This document shows positions 45,396 to 58,451 of a stretch of 64,000 nt of DNA, piece after piece. Source of the DNA: Mantamonas sphyraenae STR306 (lineage: Eukaryota; Protista; CRuMs); assembly GCA_026936335.1 (NCBI GenBank), contig JAPMXV010000012.1, positions 1 through 64,000 on the forward strand, in the 5' to 3' direction. Made by a program: the position numbers and the translations under genes. The notes under the pieces were generated by a model that did not search any database, was not told where the DNA came from, and was given only the letters and a program-made list of their open reading frames with translations. The first letter of the stretch is position 1; each line of letters opens with the position of its first letter.

Positions 45396-47055
45396 ATGGA
45401 CAAGCTCCCCGACGACGTGGTCGAACTCAAGCGCATGGTCCTCGACCTGCAAGAGGAGCAGGCGTCCCTGCGCACAAAGGCCACCCGTGCCCAGCGCCAA
45501 GTGGACATCCTCCAAGCCGATCGGCAGGTGCGTTGCTTTCTGGTCCCTCCCATACCGCTCCACGTCTCCCACGTAGCCAGCCCGCCGTGCCATGAGCCCC
45601 GTATGTATTATGCTCACCCTGCGTATCCCTGATTGCGTGTCCACAGGTGCTTGTGAACGAGGTGGAGGCGCTGAAAGACGGCAGTCCCGAGGTGAGTTTT
45701 GCCAGCAAGCACGCAGAAATCTTGCCCCGCTCCCACAAACACTCACACACGCTTGGTGCAGGTCAAGGAAATGCTCGTGGACCTGCAAACAGAGATGGAG
45801 ATGCTGGGCAAGGAGCGCGACGAGCTGCGCGCGCGTCTCACACACCTCGAGGGCCGCAGCAAGAAGGAACAGGCTGCCGACGCAAAGCTGATCGCAAAGT
45901 TTGGCCTGCCCGATGACGAGTTTATCATCGAACGTACGTCCTCTTCAAGCACGCCTCCCGCTCCCACTCGCCCCCTTGCTGCCCGTCGCCATTATTTGCC
46001 CGCCTGTGGATCGCCCCCTGGTCCCGTATCGGCGTTGTTTGCGTGACCAAGCTCCACCGCCGCCCTCTCACACACGATTTTTGCTCCCGACGCCCCGTCC
46101 CACAGGCTTCACCTGCTCCAACGCAAAGTTCCTCCGTGGCTTCATCTACGTCACTCCCAACCACATTTGCTTCGACACCCTGCCCTTCATGCCAGGAAAC
46201 AATGCTCTTATGTTTAAGCGTTCCAACTGCGAGTACTCCCCCGTACGTCCTCCATGTGTCCTTGTCCCATCTCACCACCCTTGTCTCTGTCCTTTGCGTC
46301 CACCACTCACGCCTGTTGCTACCCTCTGTGCAGACGAAAACAGGGGGCATCCTCGACAACGGCCTCGTCATCACACACAACGGCAAGGTATGCGGTATTC
46401 CCATGCCCCCCCAAACCCTCTTTGCAAACCCTACCCCGTGCTTTTGCATCCATACATGCACAGTTCGCTTACGCGCTGGGTCCGTTCCCCGCCGCATCGA
46501 CCTCTCCACGCACAGACACACCAGTTTAACAATTTTCTCAACCGCAGCAACGCCCTGGACGTGCTCCTGGGCAGAGACGGCGACGAAGAGGGAGAAGACA
46601 GCATGGACGACTCGCCAGGCTCTCCGGGCAACTCGTCGTCGTCCTCCTCCTCCTCGTCCTCGGCCTCCGATTTCGTCGACCAGATAAGCAGCACCAGCGA
46701 CTCTGCGCCAAGTCACCCAAGTCTGACCAAAGGGGCATCCCGGCGTGGCTTTGAGCCAGACGAAGACGGTATCATCATCAAAGGGTTCATTCTCAAGCAG
46801 GGACACAAAGTCAAGAGCTGGAAGCGCCGCTGGACGGTCGTCAAGCCGGGCATCCTGTACTACTTCAAAGACAAGAGCGACCTTATGCCCGCGGGCACCG
46901 TCGAACTCGATCCGTCCACCACAGTCACGGAAGTCAAGGAGAAGAAGCCCAACGCCTTTCGTGTGGAGAACGAATCCAACTTTCTGGTCATCAGCGCTGA
47001 AGACGAGCGCACCATGCGTCGCTGGATGTCCGCCATCGAGTTTTGCTGCGAGTAG
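45396..47055 (+). CDS. Coiled-coil plus GRAM plus PH domain protein with many short exons
   Basis: FGLPDDEFII..FTCS..RGFIYVTPNHICF (GRAM); KGFILKQGHKVKSWKRRW..WMSAI (PH). Confidence 0.82.
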
Positions 47056-47163
47056 GCAACACGACACGCGACACGAAACACACACACACACACACACTGC
47101 AATGAACAGCACCCCCCGCACGCACACCCACCCCAACCCACCGCCATCCCCCAAACCGCCAGC

Positions 47164-50100
47164 ATGGACATTGACGAGGCAAAGCCCACGCCGGTTCGGT
47201 CGTTGGTGGACACAGAAGCAGCAGAAGGAGAGGAGGAGGAAGAGGACCACACACAGACGGCGTCACGCAAGCGCAAGCTTGACGACCAGCAAGACGGCGA
47301 CAGGCCCGCCGACGACGACGATGACGACGACGAAGATGACGATGACGTCGACGATACCTTGGATGGCTTTGTGGCCAACGACGACGACGACGACGCCTCG
47401 GACAACGAAGACGGCGCAGACAGCGATGACGACGACGACGAGGCATTGGTTGTCAGCAAGCGCAAGCGCAGAAAGACGGCCCTTGAGGATGAGGACGACC
47501 CTGTGCCAGGCCGCAGCACCACCTCATCCTCCTCTTCATCATCATCATCATCCTCATCCTCATCCTCCTCTTCATCTTCCTCCTCCTCCTCCTCCAGCGC
47601 CCTCGACTTTGACGACGGCCGCCGTGCAGGCTCGGGTGGACAGCGGCTGCGCAAGAAAGGCGACGCCGTGGAGGAGCAAGACAGCACATACACATCCGCC
47701 AGTGCCTCGCAACGCGATGGCTCGGCCTCGGCCTCGGCTTCCAGCAAACGTGAGTGTGTGTTCCCTTGCGCCCTCAGGCCCTGTACGCCCAGACGCACAT
47801 GCGCGCGCCATCCCTGCGTCAACCCCGATCACGTCCCTCGTTCCGCCCTCCCGCACCCGTCCTCCCGGCCACACTTCCATCCCTGCACCAATGCATGTTC
47901 CATCCAATCCACTCCCGTGCATGTCATGCCCAAGTTGCAGCCGCCCCTCCCACCGCCCCTGTGTCGTGTGTGTTCGTCCACATCTCTCTCGAGGCAACGC
48001 CGCGTGCCCTCTCTCCCCGCTCACAACGCTGTTCCCTGCCCCTGCTGGCTGTCCCCGTTCCCCTGCCACCCGCACAGCCTCCCGCACAGTGGATCAGTCC
48101 CTGTTTGGCGACGACGACGACGAAGACGACGACCTGGCCAACTTTATTGTGGACGACGAAGGCGACGACGAGGACGGAGGCGGCTACCAACGCCGCGGCA
48201 CCTCCTCCTCCTCCTCTTCCTCCTCGGGTGCCGGCCTCGACGACGACGACAACATGTACGACGGTCTCCTCGGTGGTCAGAGCATGTTTGGCGACTATTC
48301 GGCCTATCTCCAGCTCAGCAGACAGGCGGAGAAGGAGGCTGCTGCAGAGGCTGCCGGCGCCATGGACGTCGAAAGCAGCGGCGCTGCCTCGTCCTCGTCC
48401 CAGGCAGGCTTGGGCGGCCTTGGACAGTACGACAGCATGGAGAGTGCAGAGGAACGTGCGCTGAACCTGGAGCGCAAGAAGCTTCAGTTGCTGCGCAAGC
48501 AGTACGAGCCGTCGCTCCTGGAGCAGCAGATGATGACCGAGGAGGACCACGAAATCCGGGCCAAGGATTTGCCCGAACGGTACCAACTGGCCATGCGTGA
48601 CCTGGACATGCAGCTGCCTCTGGACTCGGATCCTGATTTCATGCAAGAGGCGGCATGGGTGTTTGCCCGCTTTGCCGACGAAAACAACGAGGCCGCTCGC
48701 TTCAGCACAGGCCAGCAGACCAAGCGATTGCCAGAGCTGCCGCCCTCCATGGAGGATCCCAAGTATGCAGAGATGATGACTGCGGCCACAACGGTCCTCA
48801 AGTACCTTCACGTGGAGAATTTTGAGCTCACCTTTGTTGCCCAGTACCGCCGCGAGTACTGGGAGCACGTGTTCAGCGCAGAAGAGTTGTGGGAACTCCA
48901 GCGCCTGGACTACCACTGGCTGGTCTTGCAGAAGCAAAAGATGCAATTGCAGGACCGCTTCGAGCGCTTCATCGAAGATCCCTCCGAGCGGGCAGCCTAC
49001 CAGGTGCGCCTCAAGTACGCCGACACGGAGGAGCTGGTGGCCGACGTGGCTGCTGGCTTCCAGCTGCACTATGACCAGGAGATCCTTGCGGCGCGAGCCG
49101 AGGACGGTCTGAAGCGCATGACGTCGCACAACACAAAGTACATCCGTGCCAAGCAGTCGCGCGCCGCCATGATGAACGCAGAGTATTTGATGAGTGCCGA
49201 GCACCTGGTGGCGAGTGTCATGGACACCGACGTGGTGGAACGGCCGGCAGACCCGCAGCAGATGCCCCTGGAGTTTGCGGCCGAGTATGCAAAGGACGGC
49301 CAAGAGGCCACCGATGCGCTGGAAGCCAGCAAGCTGGTGGCAGCCAAGGAGATTTCGGTCAACTCGAGCATGTGTGCGGAGATCCGGGCCACGTACAGGC
49401 AACGTGCGACCATGGCCTCGGAGCCCACGGCAAAGGGGTTGGAAATCATCAACAGTGTGCATCCGTACTACAACGTGTGCCATCTGGTGAACAAGCCCGT
49501 GGCCGAGGTGGGCAATGAGCAGTACTTGCTGCTGCTCAAGGGCCAGGCCGACGGTTTGCTCAAGGTCACCATGGGTTTGCCCCTGGAAGTGCGCCAGCAG
49601 ATGCGCGACAACCTGCTCGTGCACTACAAGAGCACCAGCACCAACCAGTACGCCAGTGCGTGGAACCAGGTGCGTGAGGACATCCTGGATCAGGCCTTGG
49701 GATATGTGCTTGCCACTCTGCACAAGGAGCTGGGCACACACATGATGCGTCGTGCCAGCCAGCACGTGCTCACCCAGTACAGCAAGCGACTGGACTCTAT
49801 GCTCAGCCGCAATGCCTTTGTGTCGCCCAGCCGTGCGGGCGAGCAAGACAAGCGCAACAAGGTCGTGGCAATCTGTGTGCCTGAGGACGCGGGTTTCGAG
49901 GCCGCCAGCTACGCCGTGGCTCTGTCGCGCGAGGGCGAACTCATTGACTATGTGACCCTGACTGCGTTGCATATGGGAGGCAAACGAGGCAGCACACGGC
50001 GCCAGGAGGACCTCAATACGCTGGGGGCGTTTGTCAAGCGTGTGATGCCCGAGCTGGTGGTGATCGGCGCCAGCAGCGTGATGGCACGTCGTGTGTTGGG

Positions 50101-52487
50101 CCAAGTGTACACGCAGTTGTTCATCAACGAACAGCTGAACCAACAGGAGGTGTATCTGACCATGGGCAACGAGGATGTGCCGCGCATCTTTGAGAGCAGC
50201 CCACGTGGCGAGAGTCAATTTCCCGACCAGTCGCCCGTGTTGCGTCGTGCCGTGTCGCTGGGTCGCAGCATGCAGGATCCGCTGGCGGAGCTGTCGCAGC
50301 TGTGGGACGATCCGAACAAGCCAAGCTTTGGGCGCCTGCACGTGTACGAATTCCAGCGCCTTGTGCCCACCAGCGACTTGCTGCGTGCTGCAGAGCAAGT
50401 GATGTGTCGCTACGTCAACTCGGTGGGTGTGGACATCAACCGGGTGCTGCTGAGCGAACACCTGGACAGCACCGTCCAATTCCTGGCGGGTCTGGGTCCT
50501 CGCAAGGCCAAGAATCTGCTGGTGGCCTTGCGTCGTGTGGGTGGCTCTGTGTCCAGCCGCGAAGACCTTGAGATTGCCCTGCCGCCAAAGGTGTACCGCA
50601 ATTGTGCGGCGTTTGTCAAGGTGCACGCGCACGGCGCGGAGCATGCCCTGGATTGCACTCGGGTGCACCCAGAGGCCTACGATATTGCCTGCAAGCTGTG
50701 CGAGGATCTGCTTGTGGTCGAGGTGGAAAACAACCGGGATATGGAGGTTGAGCAGGCCAAGGCTCGCGGCGCCGACGATTCGGCCGTGGCCCGTGTCGAG
50801 GAACGCTTCAACAAGCAGATTGACAGATTGCCCAAGAACAGTCGTGCGGTGCAAAAGGTCATGGAGAAGCCGCAGCTGCTGGACGAGGTGGACCTGCACG
50901 ACTTTGCGCAGGATCTGCAAGGGCTGGGACGCGGCAAGATGCTGTTTGCCCTGATGGACATGGTCAGGGAGATCAAAAACCCGTACGCAGAGCGCCGCAG
51001 GGCTTACGAGGAGCCCACCAACGAACTGCTGTTTGAATGGATGACTGGCGAAACCGAGCAAACGCTGTTTCCTGGGCAGGAGGTGGATGTGCGCATCACC
51101 TCGCTCAAACCGCCCAACCGCATCATGTGTGCGCTCAACTGCGGCATCACAGGCTTTATCCACATCGGCAACTTTAGCCAGAGTGTGCCTGTCAATGCCA
51201 TTGCCTCTACAAGTAAGTGGAGTGGCTTTAAACGTGATCAAGACACACACACACACGCCCGCACGCCCACACACTGACACACTGACACACTGACACACTA
51301 CTCACACACTCACTACCACGCCACACACAGACGTGGGCGAATGGACGGTGCAGGACATCCTGACATGGTTTGCAGAGATGAACCTGCACGAGTACCAGGA
51401 CGCAGTGGAAACACACCAGGTGGATGGCAAGCAGCTGCTGTCCACGCCTGCAGACAAGCTGCGCAGGCTGCTGGGCATTGAGAACGAAGACCACTACGCA
51501 CACATCTGGAAGCAAGTGGAAGATCTCAAGGTGCAGAAACGCCTGTACGATCGCGTGGGCTCGGTCTTTCACGCCCGTTTGGCGTCGCCCATCGATTACG
51601 AGCGCTTCTTGGTGGAAGTGGTGACACGCTCGGACCTGGTCAACGACGCAGACAAGTGGCGCCGCCCGGGCGAGGTGGATCCGTACAACCACCCAGAAAT
51701 CCTGCGTGACGCAGCGATGGCAGGCACACCACGACGCATGAGCAGCATGCGACGTGCGTCGAGCCCGCGTGTGCCGGGCATGGGTACGCCTACGCGAGGC
51801 ATGAGCGAGAGCGATGCGCGTACGATGTCGCGCTCGCGCTCCAAGCGATACCAGCGCGACATCGACCATCCGTTCTTTGCCAACGTTTCTGCAACAGAGG
51901 CGGACACACTGCTGGGCACCAAGGCGGTGGGTGACTACTTGGTGCGTCCGAGCAGCCAGCGCGACCGATTGGCCGTGTCGATCAAGTTGTACCGCGACCT
52001 GGTGTTGCACATCAAGGTGGTGGAGGAGGAGCGAGGCCAATTTGACAGCATTGGCAAGAAGCTGTGGATTGACCAGCGCCCCGAGGAGACGTACGAGGAG
52101 CTGGACGAGCTGTTGCAGGTGTTTGTTCTGCCGCTGATTGAAAACTTCAAGGACATGACGGAACACAGGCACTTTAAGGACTTTGACACGGACGACGCCG
52201 TGCACCAGTACCTTCAGTCACGCCTGGCCATCAACGCAAAGGTGGTTCCCTACTGCATCATCGTCTCGCATGACTACCCCGGGAAGTTTGAGCTGGTGTT
52301 CTTGTACAAGGGCAAGCTGCGCAAGCAGTTTATCAACTGCACCAACGAAGGCTTCTCCCTCTGGAAGAAGCAATTTGACGACCCCGAACGCCTGGTCAGC
52401 TACTTCAAGCAGAACCTGGCCAAGCGAACACGTGCGCAGACCTCGTCGCACAGCAAGACCCCGCGTGCAAAGGTCAGCTTCGGGTGA
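47164..52487 (+). CDS. SPT6: Transcription elongation factor SPT6 with an inserted SAM domain; introns 47750..48089 and 51213..51330
   Basis: Acidic N-terminus, YEPS..DLPERYQL, RRAVSLGRSMQDPLAE, VGVDIN, GLGPRKA, LDCTRVHPEAY, S1 domain and tandem SH2 (IDHPFF..VRPSS). Confidence 0.96.
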
Positions 52488-52573
52488 GTGCAGCGTCGCA
52501 ACAAGGGCTCCACCATTCTCATGAAGAAAACCATGCCGTTTCCTTTTGATTCAGGGACTTTACTGTCTGCATT

Positions 52574-53325
52574 TCACGCTTTGAGCAGGTCGTTGATGCC
52601 TTCCTTGTTGCGGGCAACCTCGATGCAGTAGAACTGGGCACGGGGCACTGTGTGATTTGCAATGGAGCACAAGCCGTGTCAGTGGTCCATGGCCAGGTTC
52701 TGTGAACCGCCAGGGTGCTTCTGCGACTTGGCCAAGCGCGAACGGGGGCCAATCGCCGAAAAATGCGTCGCGGTGAAATCAGTCCGTCACCTGCCGGGGC
52801 CTTGTGTGGCTCAGCAGGTGGGATTTATGTTTGGCAAGGCAGTGGAAGTGGGTCGAGAGAGCGGGTGTGTCACATGCAAAGGGAAATCCACATACCGACG
52901 GTTGTGTTCTCTTCGCTGTAGCCGTCAGCAAGGGTTGCGTCGAGACGGACGAGCGTGAGAAAGTTAAAGTCCTCGACACGTCCCTCAAAGCCCATGAGGA
53001 GGGTGCGCCACTTCTTCTTGCCCTCATCACTCTTCATGGCATCCTCGTCGAGGACCTTGACGTCGACGTCGGGAAACACGGCGCGGAACTCCTCGTAGAT
53101 GGCGTCGTCCAGTTTGGTCAGCCGCAGATCCTTGGGTGAAGGCACAGCCTGGAGCAGAGACCAGTACACATCGGCCTGCTTGCATGCCAGCACCACCCAG
53201 TTGGCTTCCACCTCTGCGTCGTTCTCCACATCCAAGCCTTTGGCATCCGCTTCGGCGAAAAGCTCTTGAGGCGTGCCCTGCAGGCCTCCGTTGTTGTTGT
53301 TCTCCGACGATGATGACGACGACAT
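52574..53325 (-). CDS. PBDC1: PBDC1/YPL225W family protein, 1 intron
   Basis: LRLTKLDDAIYEEFR..FP, KKKWR, VEDFNFLTLVRLD..YSEENT, VPRAQFYCIEVARNKEG. Confidence 0.93.
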
Positions 53326-53439
53326 TCTTGGGTGTGTGTGTGTGTGTGTGTGTGTGTGTTGCCGGGTGGGGTGGGTCTATGTACGAAAGGGAGTGGGTTT
53401 TGCTGGACGGCGCTGCGTGTGGCGACCCAGAGCAAGGCG

Positions 53440-54372
53440 ATGGTCAAGTCATACCTTCGGTACGAGGAAAAGACCTCGTTTGGAGTCATCTGTTCACCCG
53501 AGTGCAATGTGCAGTGCGATGCGGGGGCAGAGCTTGCGTTTGCTGCGGCGCTGGAGAGCGTGCTGATCTGGAATCTGAAGAAGGGCTTGCAGGTGGGACG
53601 GCTTAAACCGGCCGCTGCACAGAGCTACGGCAACACACAGAGTGGCAACCCGAGCAGTGCAGTGACATGCATTCGTTTGTCGCACAATGAGCAGCTGGTT
53701 GCGGTCGGGTACGTCTGAGTGGGGGCGAACGGATTTCTGGGCGGACGGCGACGGGTTGGGACACTTTTTTGCATGCTTGGCCAGGCACACTGACGCGGCG
53801 GCACGGGCAAATTACACATCCACAGACACGCAGACGGAGCGATCCGAGTGTGGGACCATGCCAAGGGCACTAATGTGCTGACATTCAACGGACACAAGCG
53901 AGCGGTGACGGCGCTTGCATTCGACACGCTGGACACACAGCTGGCGAGCGGCTCCAGCGACACAGACGTGATTGTGTGGGATTTGGTTGCAGAAACAGGC
54001 GTGTGTCGACTGCGGGGCCACAAGGCACAGGTCACCGACGTGTTGTTTGTGCACCTAAAGGTGGAAAAGGCTGCCGGGAGCGGAAGTGGCGACGATGCGA
54101 TGGACGAAGAGGTGCTGGACGAGGACGAGGTGGTGGACGCAGGCACGGCCGTGCTGATGAGCAGCGGCAAGGACAATGTGTTGCGTGTGTGGGACGTGAC
54201 GAGCCAGCATTGCATGCAGACGGTGGTGGGCCACCGCAACGAGGTGTGGTCCATGGATGCCCACCCTGACGGCCACAGGGTGGTCACAGGCGCCTCGGAC
54301 CAGCAGCTGCGCTTTTGGAAGCCCGCTGTGCAGCGTGGGGATGATGAGGACGAAGAGGAAGAGGAGGAGGGA

Positions 54373-54410
<38 letters not shown>

Positions 54411-56840
54411 CAAGGGCAAAAGCAAGAAGCGCACCGATGCGGACAGTGAGAACGACGAGGACGAGGACGAGGATGACGAGGAGGATGAGCCGTACGTGGC
54501 TCAGACGGATCAACTGATGGAGTTTTACGGGAGTGTGCAGAGGCAGTCGAAGGAGAGGGCGGCGCAGGTGCGGTACCATCCGAACGGAGGCTGGCTTTTC
54601 GTGCAGGCCAACGACAAGACGGTGGAAGTGTACAGAGTGTTGAGCGAGGAGCGCATCGAAAAGAAGATGGCGAGGCGACGACGCAGGCTGAAGGAAAAGG
54701 CAAAGAAGAAGGGCAAGAAGGTCAGCAAGAAGGCCAAGAAGAAGAAAGGCCGCAACGATGACGATGATGATGACGATGAGGAGGAGGAGAAGAAGAAGAA
54801 GAAGAAGAAGCACAGGAACGCAGAGCTGCAGACGAGGTGGAGCTGGTGCAGATTGTGCGCACGAGCGCACGGATCCGTGCGTTTGACGTGGGTCGGCAGG
54901 TGGCCAGTGACAAGCGGGTGCGGCTTGTGCTGAGCCTGGTGAACAACAGCCTGGAAATGTGGACGGTGTCAAAGAAGGAAGCGTCGCGTACTGCGCGTGT
55001 GGACATGCCCGGGCATCGTTCGGATGTGCGCAGTCTGTCGCTGAGCTCGGACGACAACCTGTTGCTGTCATTGAGCAACGGTCTGGCCAAGGTGTGGAAT
55101 GTGCAGTCGCAGGCAGGCATCCGTAGCATGCCCACGGGATATGCACTGTGCGGCGGGTTCGCACCGGGCAACCGTCACGTGCTTGTGGGCACCAAAGAGG
55201 GCAAGCTGGAACTGTTTGACCTCCCCTCGTCCACCCTGCTGGAGAGCGAAGAGGTGCACGACGGGGCCATCTGGTCGCTGGCCATGCGACCGGACGGCAG
55301 CGGGTTCACCACCGCCAGTGCAGACAAGTCGGTCAAGTTCTTTGAGTTTGATCTTGTGGATGACCCCGAGTTTAGCACCACAAAGAAGAGACTGACGTTT
55401 GAGCACACGCGGACGCTCAAGATGAGCGACGATGTGTTGGGTGTGGTGTACTCGCCGGACCAGCGGCTGGTGGCTGTGGCGCTGCTGGACGCAAGCGTCA
55501 AGGTGTTCTTTGATGACTCGCTCAAGTTTTTCCTGTCGCTGTACGGCCACCGTCTGCCTGTGATGTGCATGGACATCAGCAGCGACAACACACTGATTGT
55601 GACGGGTTCGGCTGACAAGAACGTAAAGATCTGGGGACTGGACTTTGGCGACGTGCACAAGTCGCTGTTTGCACATGACGACAGCGTGATGCAAGTGAAG
55701 TTTGTGCCCGAGACACACTACTTTTTCACGGCAGGCAAGGATGGCCAAATCAAGTACTGGGACGGCGACCGCTTCGAGCAGATCATGGTGCTGGAGGGAC
55801 ACCAGAGCGAGGTGTGGGCCATGTGTGTAAGCAGCATCGGCGATTTTGTGGTGACGGGCTCGCACGATCGCTCGCTGCGCATCTGGGAACAGACGCAGGA
55901 GCAGCTGTTCTTGGATGAAGAGCGGGAAAAGCAGCTGGAGGCTGTGTTTGAAGAGGACCTGGAGAATGCAGGCCGCTCGAGCGCAGCAGCCATGCAGGCG
56001 GCACAGGAGGGAGAGAGTGCGTCTGCTGGCAAGCGTACCATGAGCACCCTGCGTGCGGGAGAGCGGCTGCAGGAGGCGATCGATCTGGCGGAGGAGGAAC
56101 GGCAAAAGGTGGAGGCTCACATGCTTGAGGCGGCGGCACAGCTGCGGGCAGAGGAGAAGCAGGCGTATGTGCGTAGCCAAGTGGAGTCTGTGCAGATGAG
56201 CCAGGCAGAAAAGCTGGCACGGGAGCTGACAGAGGAGGAAGGAGGTGATGTACGGAAGCGCAAGCGCAAGCGGGAGGCGGCCGAAGAAGCAAGGCAGGTG
56301 AAGGAGGCTCTGGAGCAGTTTGAAGCCAAGGGCCTGGAGGAGTTGATGGCAGAAGTGCGAGGACCGATGGTGTCGCCTAAGCTGTATGGCAAGACCCCGA
56401 GTGGGTACCTGCTTGATGTGCTTGCAGGCATCCGACTGAGCGAGCTACAGGAGGCGCTGCTGGTGCTGCCGTTCCCCAGTGTGCTTGTGTTGCTGCAGTA
56501 TCTGCGCAGCTGGCTGCAGGGGGGACAGCGTGTGGAACTGTGCTGCAGGGTGCTGGGCCATCTGTTGCGCTTCCACCAAAACCAGCTGGTCAACACAGCC
56601 AGCATCCTTCCCGTGCTCCGGCAGCTGGAGCAGTATGCACAGTGGCGTGTCAAGCAGCAGCGCAACCAGGTGGGCTTCAACATGGCCGGGATGAAGTTTG
56701 TGCAGCGGCAGATCGAGGCGCGTGACCAGGTGTACTTTTTCGACATTGGCCAGGACTTTCAACAGGAAAGGCTGAAAAAGGAGTTGGAACGCAAGAAGCG
56801 CAAGGTGATGCGTGTGGCCGCGGTGAGCAGCGGTCTGTGA
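53440..56840 (+). CDS. WDR3: WDR3/Utp12/Dip2 SSU processome WD40 protein, 1 intron, with an apparent 1-nt deletion at ~54781-54795
   Basis: MVKSYLRY..FGVI, GHRSDVR, DSLKFFLSLYGHRLPV, WGLDFGDVHKSLFAHDDSVM, C-terminal Utp12 domain (LLVLPF..GFN.AG). Confidence 0.95.
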
Positions 56841-56849
56841 GGCAATGGA

Positions 56850-58451
56850 ATGGAAAAAATAATGTCGGACGAAGAACACGCGTTTGTGGGTGACATTCTA
56901 AACGAGTTTCTCGACACCCTGATGGACGAGGTAGACTTTGAGCACGTGTTTTACAACAAATTGTGGACCATGCACAAGCACGCATTCCCAGCAGACATGG
57001 GTGAGCTTCTGGCGCGCGAGGAAGGGGTCGGGAACAGCGAGGAGGACAAAGACGACGAGTTGGAAGGTGCTGGAGGCAGCAGTAGCAGCAGCAGCAGCGA
57101 ACACGACGAGTTTCTGGAGAGTGTGCTGTCCAGTGAGTCGACTGTGGAGGAGATGGACAACACGCCGCAGTTCCAGGTGCACGAGGTGCTTGCACGTCTG
57201 CGTCAAGACGAAGACGTCGAGAAAACACGGCCTGCTTTTGAGGACAGCGAACGGATTTGGGAAACATGGTCTGTGCGACAGGCGCAACCAAACAATTGCG
57301 GTCACCATGCATTCTTCAACGCCGTCCACGGCTGCCTCATTGCGCAGTCGCGGAGTTTGGAAGAAGCCGAATTCTGGGGCCGGCGTCTGCTCTCGCGCAC
57401 ATCGTTCTGGTTCACCTACTGGGCCAACATGCGACACGTGGGACGCAAGAGCATGCTGGAACGCACACACAGTGGCATTCTGGAGCGAACACACCTTGAC
57501 CGGATCCTGACGCTGGAACCACTCGTGCAGACACAGCTCCCGGTTGGCTGTGTGTTTGGCCTGCCCGAGGCCTCCAAGATGGCGTTGCAGGAAGGAATGA
57601 CAGCGCAGACGCACCTGAAGCAACTGGAAGGGGAGGTGAACGCGCTGCTGGAGAAGGAATCACACTGTTTTGGGTGTGTGGTGGGCACTGTGAACCATTG
57701 GGTGGCTTTGCTGGTGAACAAGGTCAAGGGCGAGCATGAGGTGGTGCTGTGGGATTCGCGTCAGTACTGGCTGTTGTCACGCGAGAAGGAATCGCTGCAG
57801 GAGCTGATTGCAGAGGTGAACGGACGCCATCCGCAATGGCTACCGTTCCAGAAGGATGTGTTTGTGCAGGGACTGCAGGACATTGGGTTTGTGTGTCGTC
57901 TGCTAGACTCTCTTGCCGTAGGCAGCATCCGTCTGTGTGAGTACTGCCTGGATCTGGAGATCGGTCGACTTGTGGATCTGCTTGCCGTCAATGTCCTCGC
58001 TGACACATGGACCCTGGGTCTCATGCACACGCAACTGCCTCATTTGGAGCCATGGAGTCGCAGTGAGGTGGAGGAAACGCCTGAGATGGACCCAAGTGAG
58101 CCTGTGATGCCTGTGGTCGACTCGGACGGTTTGCGCCTGTTTGTGCTGTGCTACACACATCCCACCTCGCTACGACGTGGCCTGCTGCCTCGCATGCATG
58201 GATTGGGCAGGGAGAACCTGGGAAAGATGGCAGAGACCCACCTGCGAGCGGCTCTGGAGCAGACGCTGGCAAAGATCGCCCCTGAGGTCGAGTTGGTGAA
58301 GCAGGTGTTGGGCGAAGCAGACGAGGTGAACGAGGACGAAGATGAGGATGCGTTGGTTGGGCTGCAAAAGGTGCTGTTCAGCATGCAAGAGTGGCTGGAT
58401 GGAAACGGCGATGGGGAAGATGCGCTGCAAGCGGCAGCTGAAGAAAGATGA
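56850..58451 (+). CDS. Uncharacterised protein with a putative papain-like (Josephin/C39-like) Cys-His-Asp triad
   Basis: 533-aa ORF; RQAQPNNCGHHAFFNA ... NHWVALLV ... VLWDS. Confidence 0.65.
   Translation: MEKIMSDEEHAFVGDILNEFLDTLMDEVDFEHVFYNKLWTMHKHAFPADMGELLAREEGVGNSEEDKDDELEGAGGSSSSSSSEHDEFLESVLSSESTVEEMDNTPQFQVHEVLARLRQDEDVEKTRPAFEDSERIWETWSVRQAQPNNCGHHAFFNAVHGCLIAQSRSLEEAEFWGRRLLSRTSFWFTYWANMRHVGRKSMLERTHSGILERTHLDRILTLEPLVQTQLPVGCVFGLPEASKMALQEGMTAQTHLKQLEGEVNALLEKESHCFGCVVGTVNHWVALLVNKVKGEHEVVLWDSRQYWLLSREKESLQELIAEVNGRHPQWLPFQKDVFVQGLQDIGFVCRLLDSLAVGSIRLCEYCLDLEIGRLVDLLAVNVLADTWTLGLMHTQLPHLEPWSRSEVEETPEMDPSEPVMPVVDSDGLRLFVLCYTHPTSLRRGLLPRMHGLGRENLGKMAETHLRAALEQTLAKIAPEVELVKQVLGEADEVNEDEDEDALVGLQKVLFSMQEWLDGNGDGEDALQAAAEER

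Noticed and set aside
47924-51298. 1124-aa minus-strand ORF (similar cases at 1726..3756 and 42047..43633)
   Set aside because: Antisense shadows of SPT6, the subtelomeric gene and importin-alpha, expected from GC-rich codon bias.
51271-51300. Tandem ACACTGAC units in the SPT6 intron resembling multiple branch points
   Set aside because: Explained by slippage in a CA-rich intron; such microsatellites occur in most introns here.
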